Assembly: GCA_002633005.1 (NCBI GenBank)
Contig: NMRA01000171.1
Location: 124,001 to 188,000, forward strand
Direction: 5' to 3'
DNA: 64,000 nt
From: Phoronis australis
Lineage: Eukaryota; Animalia; Phoronida
This document shows positions 27,401 to 39,400 of this stretch, piece by piece (the stretch's first letter is position 1; each line of letters opens with the position of its first letter). A program made the position numbers and the translations under genes. A model generated the notes under the pieces. It made no database searches and was not told the DNA's origin. It was given only the letters and a program-made list of their open reading frames with translations.

Positions 27401-30400
27401 CTGCATTTGGGGCTCTAAAACAGGACTAACATGATTTTTTGTTAAAAAATTTTGAAGTTGCATAAAAAGAAAACGAAACTATAATTTAGAAAACTGTACC
27501 AGCATTTTTGAGATTTTTTCTGGAACAGTTATATCATGTGAATTTTGATTATGTAATTGATCCTGTTGTTCTGCAATGAATGTACCTTCCTTTTTGCTAA
27601 ATTTTATTGTAAAAGCAGACTGGTATTGTCAACAATCAGATTTTATGGAATTTCCAACGCCAGAAATTTGTAACATGCACTACTGCGCATGCGCTAAATC
27701 TTGCCACCAGCCCTCCATAAGAAATACACAAGAACAGGCTATAATCAGGAATTTATAAGTGAGGGGAGATAACTACACAATTTGCCGATAGCCTGTCGCA
27801 TAGAGTATATGTTAAGACTTGTTACTGCCAAATGTCAGCGTCACTGGTGAAAATTTTTCCACGTCTCTTGAAGTTTGAAATTTGCCCCGTTCAGGCCTAT
27901 GTTAACGATCGTCCGGAAGCCAATATTTGAGCGCATACCGTATTCACCGTAATAACCGCCCAGGGCGCTTAGAAAAGTTCGGTTCAGGGGGGCGCTTATT
28001 ATAAACCAAGGCGGTTCAAACCCGGTCTCCGAAACGGGTGAAATCGTAAGCTAAGATTCATCAAATTTACGCTCTGTGACGCATGTAATCTATGAAAGAC
28101 TTTCAACAAAACTGTGGTGTATTGCTATCAAACTTTGCTGCTAAATTACGGTCATTTTACAGAAAATTGTGCTGAAATCCCAGGGCGAAAACTCGCCAAC
28201 TGACTGCTTCGAAATCGCCGTCGATATGGCGACTTCAATGCTTGAATAAAAATGGTTTCGATAAAGTACCTGAAATCCTCACTAAATTTTATAAGTAGCG
28301 TCCCTAAGGCTTTTAAGTTCCGTGGAGTCTGGATTAACGGCAGGTTTAAGTATAAATTTCTGCAACATCGTGCCATCTATATGTATGATCGGCAACACGG
28401 TGAGAAAACTGTCTGGCCGAACACACATGTTGTTGTCACGTGACGTTTGTTTTGAAGTTCGTCTGCGAGTAAGCGAGCGCGTGCGTGTCATCAGAGTTCA
28501 TTTGCCAAAGCAGAGACCGTCCTTCGGCTTCGGCCAGAGCCACGCAATCTAACTAGCTAGATGTGTCTAAAGAAATTTGCACACGCAGTAGACCTAAACC
28601 AGAGCGTGTTTCATTCAGCACTTGCCGGTCTCGTGCTAAAAACTTTCGACATTTGTCTCGGCAAGGCCCATATTAGTCGCCGTGTAGCTGGATGCGTACG
28701 TAACTATCTGACAGTTATTTTTCGGTGTAAGGGTGTGTAAGCATTCACTTTCAGTTGTCATTTTATCGGATATTCGGCTTAATAACACCAATTACGGTTA
28801 ATCAAACAATCCATTTCAAAAATAACGCAAACATGTTGATAGTATTAGAAATTGTCGGAAATTAGTTCCAATATTCATTTCTTATCGATGCTATGGTACC
28901 CGCTTCATGAATGGATAGTTCCCAACTAATGTCTTTGATGACAGGTTATGTAGCGCGCTTCCTGGCCACGTGCGTTTAACACCGAGTTATTTTTATTCAT
29001 GAGACAGTCTATGTGTCTACTGAAAGGTCAGACCATGGGACACGGTCGTCGCGAGAGCGTAGCAACGCTGTTGCGTTCTTTTGCTGCGTTACTTTGTCAC
29101 GTCTAAATACAAACGTAGCAGTGCCGCTGGTGGTCTAGAAGACCCGTGAAAATTTTTTTGATAAATTGAAGACGTCACTGCAGCCGAGTTTTAGGACTGT
29201 AGGTACGTCATTGTTTGCATGTACACGTTCATGGACTGGGCGCTTATTTCAGCAAAGTCTGAAAACGCGTGGGGGGGCGCTTATAGGGGCATGGGCGGTT
29301 ATTACGGCGAATACGGTAGCTCATTTTGAAGTTGAGTTTGTGGCTGAATTCATTTTGCCAGCGGATTTGCCGATAGCCTAGGTGACTACCAGGAGTACTC
29401 AGAGGTTGTTGATCCAAATTTCACGCTGTTTTTCGAAAATTTTTCCACGTCTCTTGTGTTCAGAAAATGGATCCACGTACAGTGCTCTGTGATGAAATGT
29501 TGCCGATCGCTTGGCTGTCTTGCAATGAAATTTGCACTCTGTAGATGAGAGATTGGCTCAGAATCGGTAAGAAACTGTTATGTTCATTTTCTCATCCGGT
29601 ATGTGTTTGTAAATACTTTCGAAGTTTGAAAAAGTCGGATTTTATACAGTTTTATGCAACTAAAGGTTTCGCCAGCTGTGAGTAGTTGATACTATATTTA
29701 TCTTCAAAATGCTGTTTCGTTTTTTGTGATCCTCAGTACGTTGTCCTTCGTCTGAATTCAATACTGTTACGTTGGGCCATTGAGGAAATCACCACGCTAT
29801 CCCAGATGCCCCGGCAATGTTGACAATTTACGTTCCTCCGAAACATAAAGAGCAACTTCCGCTTTTCGAGGTGAAAGTCGTCGGCAACGCGGCGGTAAGA
29901 AAGAAATTTGCCGCGGAAATTTTATATCAAATCCGATTTTTTTTTACGCTGAAATATAATAAAATACGCCAACAGAACATTTGAAAAAAGCGGAAATCCG
30001 CATTTCCGCGGAAAATTCCAAGCCCCGAGATATGTAGATATTTGGCTAAATGTACAAACTTGTCAATACAATAACCTTCATTCAATCTAGGGATTTAGTT
30101 GTTAAATTAGACGCATTCAATGAAGAGACCTACTTATTTTAAATAATATTGAGAATTGAACTTAAAGTTCACTCTCGATTTGTATCAAAGCCAAAATTGA
30201 CTTAGTAATGAAACTATAACAGTGTAAGAAAGGACAATCATTGTTTTTAAAAGTCCACAAGTACACAGTAGATTTAAGGAACTTGTCTGTATTTGGGACT
30301 ACTTCATACAACTGGTCACTGGCTGTTTATATAACATTAGTACAGCCTACAGGATTGATGTTCACAAATAGCAGAAAAACAGAGCCCCTTGTTTTAGCAT

Positions 30401-33400
30401 GTGGCTAACACATGCTTTAATCAACTCATACTAAGCTGTTCAGTAATGAGCGTTACATAGTGCTAAACTGCAAGGTTGTAGACAAAGCCCAACCTAAAAT
30501 TGGAATAGCTAGCTGACCGCATGCCCATCTACTCCATGTCTGTTATCATTCTTGATACGAAGATGCACATAATAGGCTAATAACTAACAACTCAACTAGA
30601 AAAGCGTGCTATCTTTTTATTGATTTTTCAGAAGAACCAAGCAAACAGCTTTGAGCTAAAGATGAGCACGTCATTTTGTTGTCTGTATTCTAAATCAATC
30701 GATATCTTAGAGAAACTTCAAGGAAGCCATGTGTCAAGTGCCTGGTACAAATAGCATGAGGTTGGACTCACATGGACCAGATGCTTAGATTTTGTTTACA
30801 AACAATTAAGGTCAACAGTGTTTTTGAAGGATGGTTCAAAACAGATGACACTAGAAAATTCCTTTGGTTCATATAACTGATTGAGTGTCAGGAAGTCACT
30901 CTGATAAAACATGGTATGAAATAATGATTAACAGGAACTGTAGGAAGTCAATCTGGTGTCACAGACATCTGATTATGCACAGTAGTCTGGCCAACTGTTT
31001 CCTGGGAACTACCAGTAGGTCAATCTATTTCAAGCCTGGGCTTCAAGCCTGATGTTAACACAGTATATAAAATATTGAGAAGTCTACATTGTTGTGAGGG
31101 TGAATGAAGAAGCATACTCACATAAGTGGCAGCCTGTCTCAGCAGCACAAAGGAATGGTATTACACTGACTGACTCATTCACCACTGACATCAGATATGG
31201 TGTGCTGAGGCTGGTTTGGGTTCAGAGGGCAAAGGTCACACAAGCCACAACAGTCCTGTCAGGGTGATGGATCATTAGTGTTTCTTTTCCATTTTGCGAG
31301 TATCTCCAGCCTAAACCTGTCTAAATGTGCAAAACACAGGACATTCGAACATGACATTTGATTTATCAGATTGCACACCTGAAATAGGAAACATCAAAAT
31401 TTCCATCATGTTGGTATATTCTTATATTGTTTGTTGTAAAATTGTTGCCTTTGGAAATCATATCGTGGTACATGTACGTTTGCATGTACGTATGCATAAA
31501 ACTAAACAGCCCCACTACATCTTTAAGTCACTACATGTTTACGGAAAATTGAGACTGGGTTGTGACTGACGAAAATGGAACATAGTGTTTCTGCAAGTCG
31601 CGATGTCCGTGACTGTTTATCACGTCAAAGTGTAGGCCTTAGTCGGCATGCTGGAGTCATGAACAATGGAACAGTCATAAACATTATAAATGATGTGAAG
31701 CATAGCCAAAATAATTTTATAAAAACTGATATGGGTACATGTACATGTACCCATATCAGTTTTTAATCAATGCAACTTCTGATAGAAAGGGCAGCTATCA
31801 AACTTGAAATGTGTGATAAAACGTTTGGCCCAATTACTGTATATTGGTTGTCTTCTTTTGTCATAAGGTTTGTTTATGATTGATGAAATTCGAATGATAG
31901 GAATATTAAATAGCGGCAACTATGACAGTCAGTTCCACTTACACTCAACGGTCGAGGCTTAGACGGCAAGAGCAAACTTTCTGACGTATCTGACTACTGG
32001 GCATGCCCCCTAGTGACAATTCTATTTTTTTCTGTTTCCCTCTATATCTTCGGAGTTCCTTGGCAGATTTCCATGTTTAGAAAATAGGTGTCTATTAGGT
32101 AGACGATGTCACCTTCTTGTTGGATAGATTCAACGTATTCTGAGCCACCTTAGTAGTCGTTTCAACTGTTTTTGGTGTCTGCCTCTGTTGGCGAAGCTAT
32201 AAGGATGCTTGTGAAAATTGGTATATGGGTTCATAATCAGAGAAGAGGACTACTGATGATGATTTTCAGATGAATTTGGCTACTGGAGTGCCTCCTNTTT
32301 CTTCGCTAGGCACATGAATGTTATCGTGTTATCGTCTTATTCATAATTGCCGCCGTGATCGTCTTGATTGTCGTCGTCTCCCTCATCGTCGTCTTTTCGA
32401 TTAGTTCCGCCAAGTGTCGCTCCTCCGAGCGCTCTCGTATTGTTTGTTGTAAAATTGTTGCCTTTGGAAATCATATTGTGGTACATGTACGTTTGCATGT
32501 ACGTATGCATAAAACTAAACAGCCCCACTACATGTTTAAGTCACTACATGTTTACGGAAAATTGAGACTGGGTTGTGACTGACGAAAATGGAACATAGTG
32601 TTTCTGCAAGTCGCGATGTCCGTGACTGTTTATCACGTCAAAGTGTAAGCCTTAGTCGGCATGCTGGAGTCATGAACAATGGAACAGTCATAAACATTAT
32701 AAATGATGTGAAGCATAGCCAAAATAATTTTATAAAAACTGTAACTACATGTACAGTACATGTACATGTACCATATCAGTTTTTAATCAATGCAACTTCT
32801 GATAGAAAGGGCAGCTATCAAATGTGTGATAAAACGTTTGGCCCAATTACTGTATATTGGTTGTCTTCTTTTGTCATAAGGTTTGTTTATGATTGATGAA
32901 ATTCGAATGATAGGAATATTAAATAGCGGCTACTATGACAGTCAGTTCCACTTACACTCAACGGTCGAGGCTTAGACGGCAAGAGCAAACTTTCTGACGT
33001 ATCTGACTACTGGACATGCCCCCTAGTGACAATTCTATTTTTTCCTGTTTCCCTCTATATCTTCGGAGTTCCTTGGCAGATTTCCATGTTTAGAAAATAG
33101 GTGTCTATTAGGTAGACGATGTCACCTTCTTGTTGGATAGATTCAACGTATTCTGAGCCACCTTAGTAGTCGTTTCAACTGTTTTTGGTGTCTGCCTCTG
33201 TTGGCGAAGCTATAAGGATGCTTATGAAAATTGGTATATGGGTTCATAATCAGAGAAGAGGACTACTGATGATGATTTTCAGATGAATTTGGCTACTGGA
33301 GTGCCTCCTAGTGCCATTGTTGTTCTTTTGAGTTCGCAGCGATATCTCATAAACCCTGGCAAGCACATGGACAAATGTGACATGTGTATTTCTATGAAAG

Positions 33401-36400
33401 TGACAAGGAAGGACTCAACTACCACGGGGCCACTTAGTAGCAATTTAGTTTTTTGTGTTTCCTTTATGTGTTTGCGGTTTCTCAACGGGTTTTTATAAAG
33501 TTTGGCAGATAGGTTTCTATTAAAGAGACAGTGACACACTCCCATTTTCAGATAGATCTGATGTATTCTACGCCACCTATTGGCTATTTTTATGCTCCCA
33601 CATGTTTTATGTGGTCGCATATTGCCGTCATCTCTGTCTGGACATCTAGCATCCACAGCTGTATTTCCTAAACCCCTCACAGGAACTTGACGAGATTTGG
33701 CAGAGGTGTTTTTATGAAGCTGACAATGGATCATGACGAATTTCGGACAGATCTGACTACCTGTGTGTCCTGTTGTGACAATTTTATTTTTTTACATTTC
33801 CCGCTGTATCTTCAAAGATCCCCAAAGGATTTTCATTAAATTTGGCACATAGGCAGCTATTAGTGGTATAACACTAGCTTCAAGTTTTGGTATTTTGCAC
33901 CCATTTTTCTTATTTTTGAGGGTTCTTTTCCCCTTCTGCCGACCAAACCACTCAAGGGATGATTGTGAAAGTTGGCATATATTTATGTTCTTAGTTTGGA
34001 GAGAACAGTTGATGATAATTTTCTGACAACTCTGACTACTGTGGCGACTCTTAGTGGCTGTTTTTTTTTTGCATCCATACCTGTATTTCTTAAACCCACT
34101 GCAGGATCTTTATTATGAAGTTGACAACGGATAACGACGACTTTCAGATGGATCTGATGAACACTGTACCCCATAGTGGAAATTTCTTTTTTCCAGGTTT
34201 TCCTCCATTTCTCTGATGTTCCTTGACGGATTTTTTGTGAAATTTGATAAATCGCTTGCTAATGATGGCAAGTTTATGTTTCCAGTTGGATTCGATGTTT
34301 TTTTGAACCATGAGTGGCCATTTTTACTATTTCCCATTTTGTTTTTGGCGTCTGCCCCTCTATCAACCAAACCACTCTGAGGATGAAAATTGGTGTTTAA
34401 TTTCTTCTGTGAACAGGATAGCTGATGATGATTTTATGCCCACTCGGACTACTGTGGCGCCTCCTAGTAAGTGCCAATGTTTTGCATCTATGGCTGCATC
34501 TCTCAAACCCTCTTCAAGATCTTTATTAAATTTGGCAAATGTATATACATAAAGTCGACAATGGACAACTATTACATTTGGATGGAACCGACTACAGCTG
34601 TGCCCCCTCCCCAGTGGCAATTTTTTGTTGTCCTCTGTGTCTTTGAAACTTGTTGGCCATAGATTTTTTAGTATGTTTTTGTCATCACCCTCTTCATGCA
34701 CCACTTCAAGGATCATTACTAAAATTTGGAGATGTGTTCCTGATGAGAAGAGCGAGGCTGATGTTGATTTTCGGATGTGTTCAACTACACTGGCACCCTC
34801 TCCCTATTGACAGTTTTATTTTTTATCCACGGCTGCATCTCCTTACCCTTTGCAAGATCTTCCTGAAATTGAGCTGATGTGTTCTTAAAGAAATGGCAAT
34901 TGATGACAACCAGTTTCAAACCAAACCAACTACAGCAGCTGTGTTCTCTACTTCTGTTTCTGTTTAGAGATCTTTGATGCTTCTTCATGAAATTGGGCAA
35001 ACATATTTCGATCTGTCTTGAAGACGACAGCATCTTTCCTATTTGTGATGGATTTGACGTATTCTGCACCACCCAGTGGTCATTTGAATTATTTTTAGTA
35101 GTTTTTTTGTCTTCTCCTTCTGTATATGCCAAACTACGCAGAGGATCATTATTGGCAGATGTGTTTCTGCTGACAAGAGGATGACTGACAAGAATTTTCA
35201 AACTGCTCCATCTATTGTGGTACCCTCTAATGACATTTTTTGCATCAAAGGCTGTGTCTCCTGAGTCCCTTGCAAGATGTTTTTGAAATTCTGCTGTTGT
35301 ATTATTATTATCTTGACATCAGATGGATGGATTCCATTTCTCTGACTTGTATCTCTTGTAATGGCAGTTTGTTTTTTTACGTTTGCCTTTGTATCTTTGG
35401 AGTTCTTTGTTGAATTTTCACAAAGTTTGGCAAATAATTTTGAGAGACAACAACACCTTCCCAGACGGGTTCAATGTATTCTGAGCCATCTAATTGGCAT
35501 TTTTACGATACAAATAAACACCCCTAGAAGCACACAGTTTGTGGTATATTTGTGAATGCATTTCAATGCCCTGGGTTGCTCGTATTTCATTATTTTTAAG
35601 TCTGGTTATTGGCATCTGTTTCTTTTGATTGGATAAACCATATTTATATGGATTATTATGGAAATTGGTATATGTATTCCTACAAGGAAGTTTACAGTTG
35701 ACGCTGATTTTCAGATGTCCCCCAACTACTGTGACACCCCCTAGTGGCAGTTTTTTGTCTTGTCCACACTTGTAGTGTGTCTATTAACCGTTTGAGGATT
35801 TTTGTTAAATTTGACTGGTGTATTTATAGGAACGTGGCAACTTTCAAACGGATTCAATCACCGTTATGCCTCTATTGACAATTTTACTACATTTACTTAA
35901 TAAGCGTCTTCAGAGTTTCTTGACAGATTTTCATGAAACCTGGGTTGTAGGTTTCTATAAGATTCAATAACGCCTTCCAATTTTCTAATGGATTCAAGGT
36001 ATTGTATGCCACTGAGCTTCCTTATCAAACTCCCCTGAGTATAACTATATACTAATGTTATAAGTTGAATATAGCACTATTTCTGTGTTTGATATTTTAG
36101 GCACATTTACTACAATGCACTGTTCAGTGTTTGGTCAAAGGTCAAGAGGTCAGAGATCAAGATGAAGAAGAGGGCACTGAATTCAATGGGTGTTTAACAG
36201 AGTTGGAAAACATTCTAGAATCACTGACGAGACGTATGGCGAAATGTGAAATGGAAGACTTTGAACTGGTCAGTTTCCCGTTCAAAAAATTGTCTACTTT
36301 CTTTTATGAGCAGACAACGTCACAAGATGTGCTGTTTTTGAATGATATGTTAACAATGTGCTCTTATGCAAGTATAGTTGTCATCTTGTTCTATTTAACA

Positions 36401-39400
36401 AATGTCAGTCTTGGAAATGAAAAAAATATCTTGGCCATTAAATGCTTCAGACAAACTGAAGGTTCATTTTAAAGAATTAAAAAATCAACAAAATTGACTG
36501 AGAACTTTCAGGTTTTTATTTTGTGTGTTTTAGGAAGTTCACCAAGGATGTTCACTTTAATTCACATGGAAACCAGAATGAAAACTTTTTATCAAGTTGC
36601 AATTATAAACCTGAAGGAAAAGAGCCTCAGAAAGTATGACTTGTCAACCTGAGGGATGGTGCCATCTTGGTCACAGTTGACTGGCTGCACCCTGGTCCAT
36701 GGGAAATTATGCAGTGACAAAACTTAATTAGAAATTCACCAGCTAAATTGTGTTTAATGAAACTTGTGGTTCATACACCACCTTTGTGTGGTTCACAGGT
36801 CCAATTATGTAAATGAGAGACTATCATTTTTATTGAAGTGTTATCAATTGTTTGACACTTATGATTGAGGAAAATGTTTAAAATACTGTAAGCTAAATAT
36901 GACCACCTTCAGGCTTATGTCCATTATAAAACTTGTCTTAAAGTGAAGAAGAATTGACGATCTGTTATTGCTTTAGACTCTAGGCCTATTTTATTGAAGG
37001 TAGTATGCCTGTCAGCTAAGATAGTCAATAACGCTGCATTTTCAATGGGAGCATTAAAAAATAACTGCAGGTGGTCTAGTACACATTGTACCAGACGGGC
37101 ACAGACTGGTCACATGAGCACAATTGCACTGATAACCTGGAACCATTCTTACGCTTTATTAATGTAGAGTTAAAACTGAACTGAGGAGCTAAAGACCTGA
37201 CTTAAGGGTCTAGCAGTGTGGTCCAGTGGGACTCGAACCCTTGACTTTGAGTAAAGGAAGCAGACATTTATCCCATTGGGCCACACTGCCTTCTCAATGT
37301 GAGCATTAGGTACTACATCTCATTTTCTAACCACCAGCTGTGATTGCTTCTCAGTTTGGGGTTGGGATAGCAATAGCAACTTACCACACAGCACATGGAC
37401 ATTATTTTATAACCTTCTTTTGTTTTGGAATTAGGGAACAGAGATGTTTGGCAGCGATAACCACTGCTTGTTAGTGGCTACATTTTTCATCAATCACTTT
37501 ACACCCTGCGGGCAATAAGAACTAAATCTGTCATTAAATTTTTCATTACTCGAACGACTAAAATGTACAAAACAGAAGAAAAGAGAAACAATTATACAAC
37601 TACTGTTTCTTTATAGATATTTCCCAACCTATATTGTGTAACTTGCTTGAGCAACACAATGGGATAATTTGACTAGTGTACACAGCCGCTCGATATAGTG
37701 CTTATCACAGTGTTCTTAATACCCCTTAAGAAATTAAGATGCCAGTTAAATTTTGGAGGGGAGCTCGTCATGAGCAAAAAGTTGCTATTGACGTAAACTT
37801 TACCGTTCTTCACGNACCTCCGTCGTTCCTCGGTTAACTTTTGAGTGAATTCTCCCTCATGAAGCCTAATCGTAGGAATCGAATGGAACGATCTCTTCAT
37901 CTTACCGTCATTGCAGTTTGAACAACCTCGAACCCAACAGGAATGCACCATTTTGCAAGATTAATTGAAAACACTTCACCCACAAAATACACACAGCCTC
38001 ACGTACACAACCCCGAAGCTTGCCTCTAAAGATGGCCGACGGCAACGAAGTGCCCGTATGAATGACGTCACGCGAAAACTAAGTATTGACGTAAACTTTA
38101 CCGTTCTTCACGAATGCCATCTTTAACCACTTTCAATGAATTGTGTCCCCATAAAATTAAAGTTTTGGCTATCACAGCTGAGTCTGTTTATCTGACCTTT
38201 GATAAAAGGTCTCCAGACTCACAATGTGTACTTGACCTACCTGGTCATTTATGTGCCAAGCATGATCTCAAGCAATAAAAAGTTTCACATTTTTTCTAGC
38301 CAAGAAAGCATTTCTAATCTGGTATCAGCTAAGTGTTAAGTGCCCTTAAAAGTTAACTTTTGACAGAAAATCAGAAAATGCATATTTTTGAAATAAGTCA
38401 ACTGGTAGTGATCAGGAATGCTTTGAACAAATTGCTTGTAGGAAGACATCACTGCTATCATCGGTTGAGCTACTATATCGCAGCCACTGATTCATGACAA
38501 TTATTTGCTAATTCTAGGATAAATCAGCCGAATTTTCAACGGGGAAACCTGTTGGTGTTAGAAACAACATTTTTGCCAGCATTGTCTGCGGACTACAAGA
38601 GATGCTTATTGAGTACAGCTATCACACTGGCAAGCTTAGGTGAGTTCCATTCTATCGTCAGTAAGACTGAAAAGTTCTCTAAGAAGTTTATAGAAGCATG
38701 GAGTGTCATTTAAACCCTTAAATTGGTAGCAGCTAAAAGTACTGAAATGTTGTTATTCACTACTTGGTCACCTTGGTGGCACTGCGAAAAAAATGATTGT
38801 TGTGCATTGTCTAGAACACAATGCCTCATTTTGGCATCAATGAAGGCAAACATGAAAGCACAGAACCACTAAAGTTTGGACACAACGCCTTGTTTTCAGG
38901 CATAATGGGGAATTCATGCAAGTAGTGAAGAGCTAAAAAATCTTTTTTTAAATAACTTGCCATGTGGCTTACGAGATGTGTTATTATCGGACGTATTTCA
39001 TATTAAGACACAATCGAGCACTTAACAATAAGTTGAATGCTTTTGACCATCAACCCAGAATAGCTGCAGTCATCCTCAGAATGATGGTTAGGTCATTTGA
39101 CTTGTAGTCATGTGATAAAGTTCTTACCTTGGGCCACGTAATGCAATGTCAGAAAGAGGGTACTGAGGATGGCCGAAGCCATTGACTGTCGAAAACGTAA
39201 GATTTTATTGCAAGTACTCGATTGTACCTCAGAAAACTTTCCTGACATTTGACTCATCAATAGTCCTTTTGCGAGTTCTATTTCCAATTTCAGTCTATTT
39301 ACAGCTTCGCACAACATAACAACTTCACATTTTCTTCCTCCATTCACAGTTATTCCATGATCCATCTACCATCCCTTAACTCGTGTTAACTTTTAAAACG

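Noticed and set aside
31327-32896. Duplicated small genes ([10 protein letters not shown]…)
   Set aside because: Identical translations come from the probable haplotype duplication; no domain or gene structure
33279-35555. Cluster of ORFs on both strands
   Set aside because: They lie in a degenerate tandem HINE-like array and share only repeat-derived peptides
37213-37290. tRNA gene
   Set aside because: A and B boxes are present but there is no valid cloverleaf or anticodon arm; better explained as a SINE head
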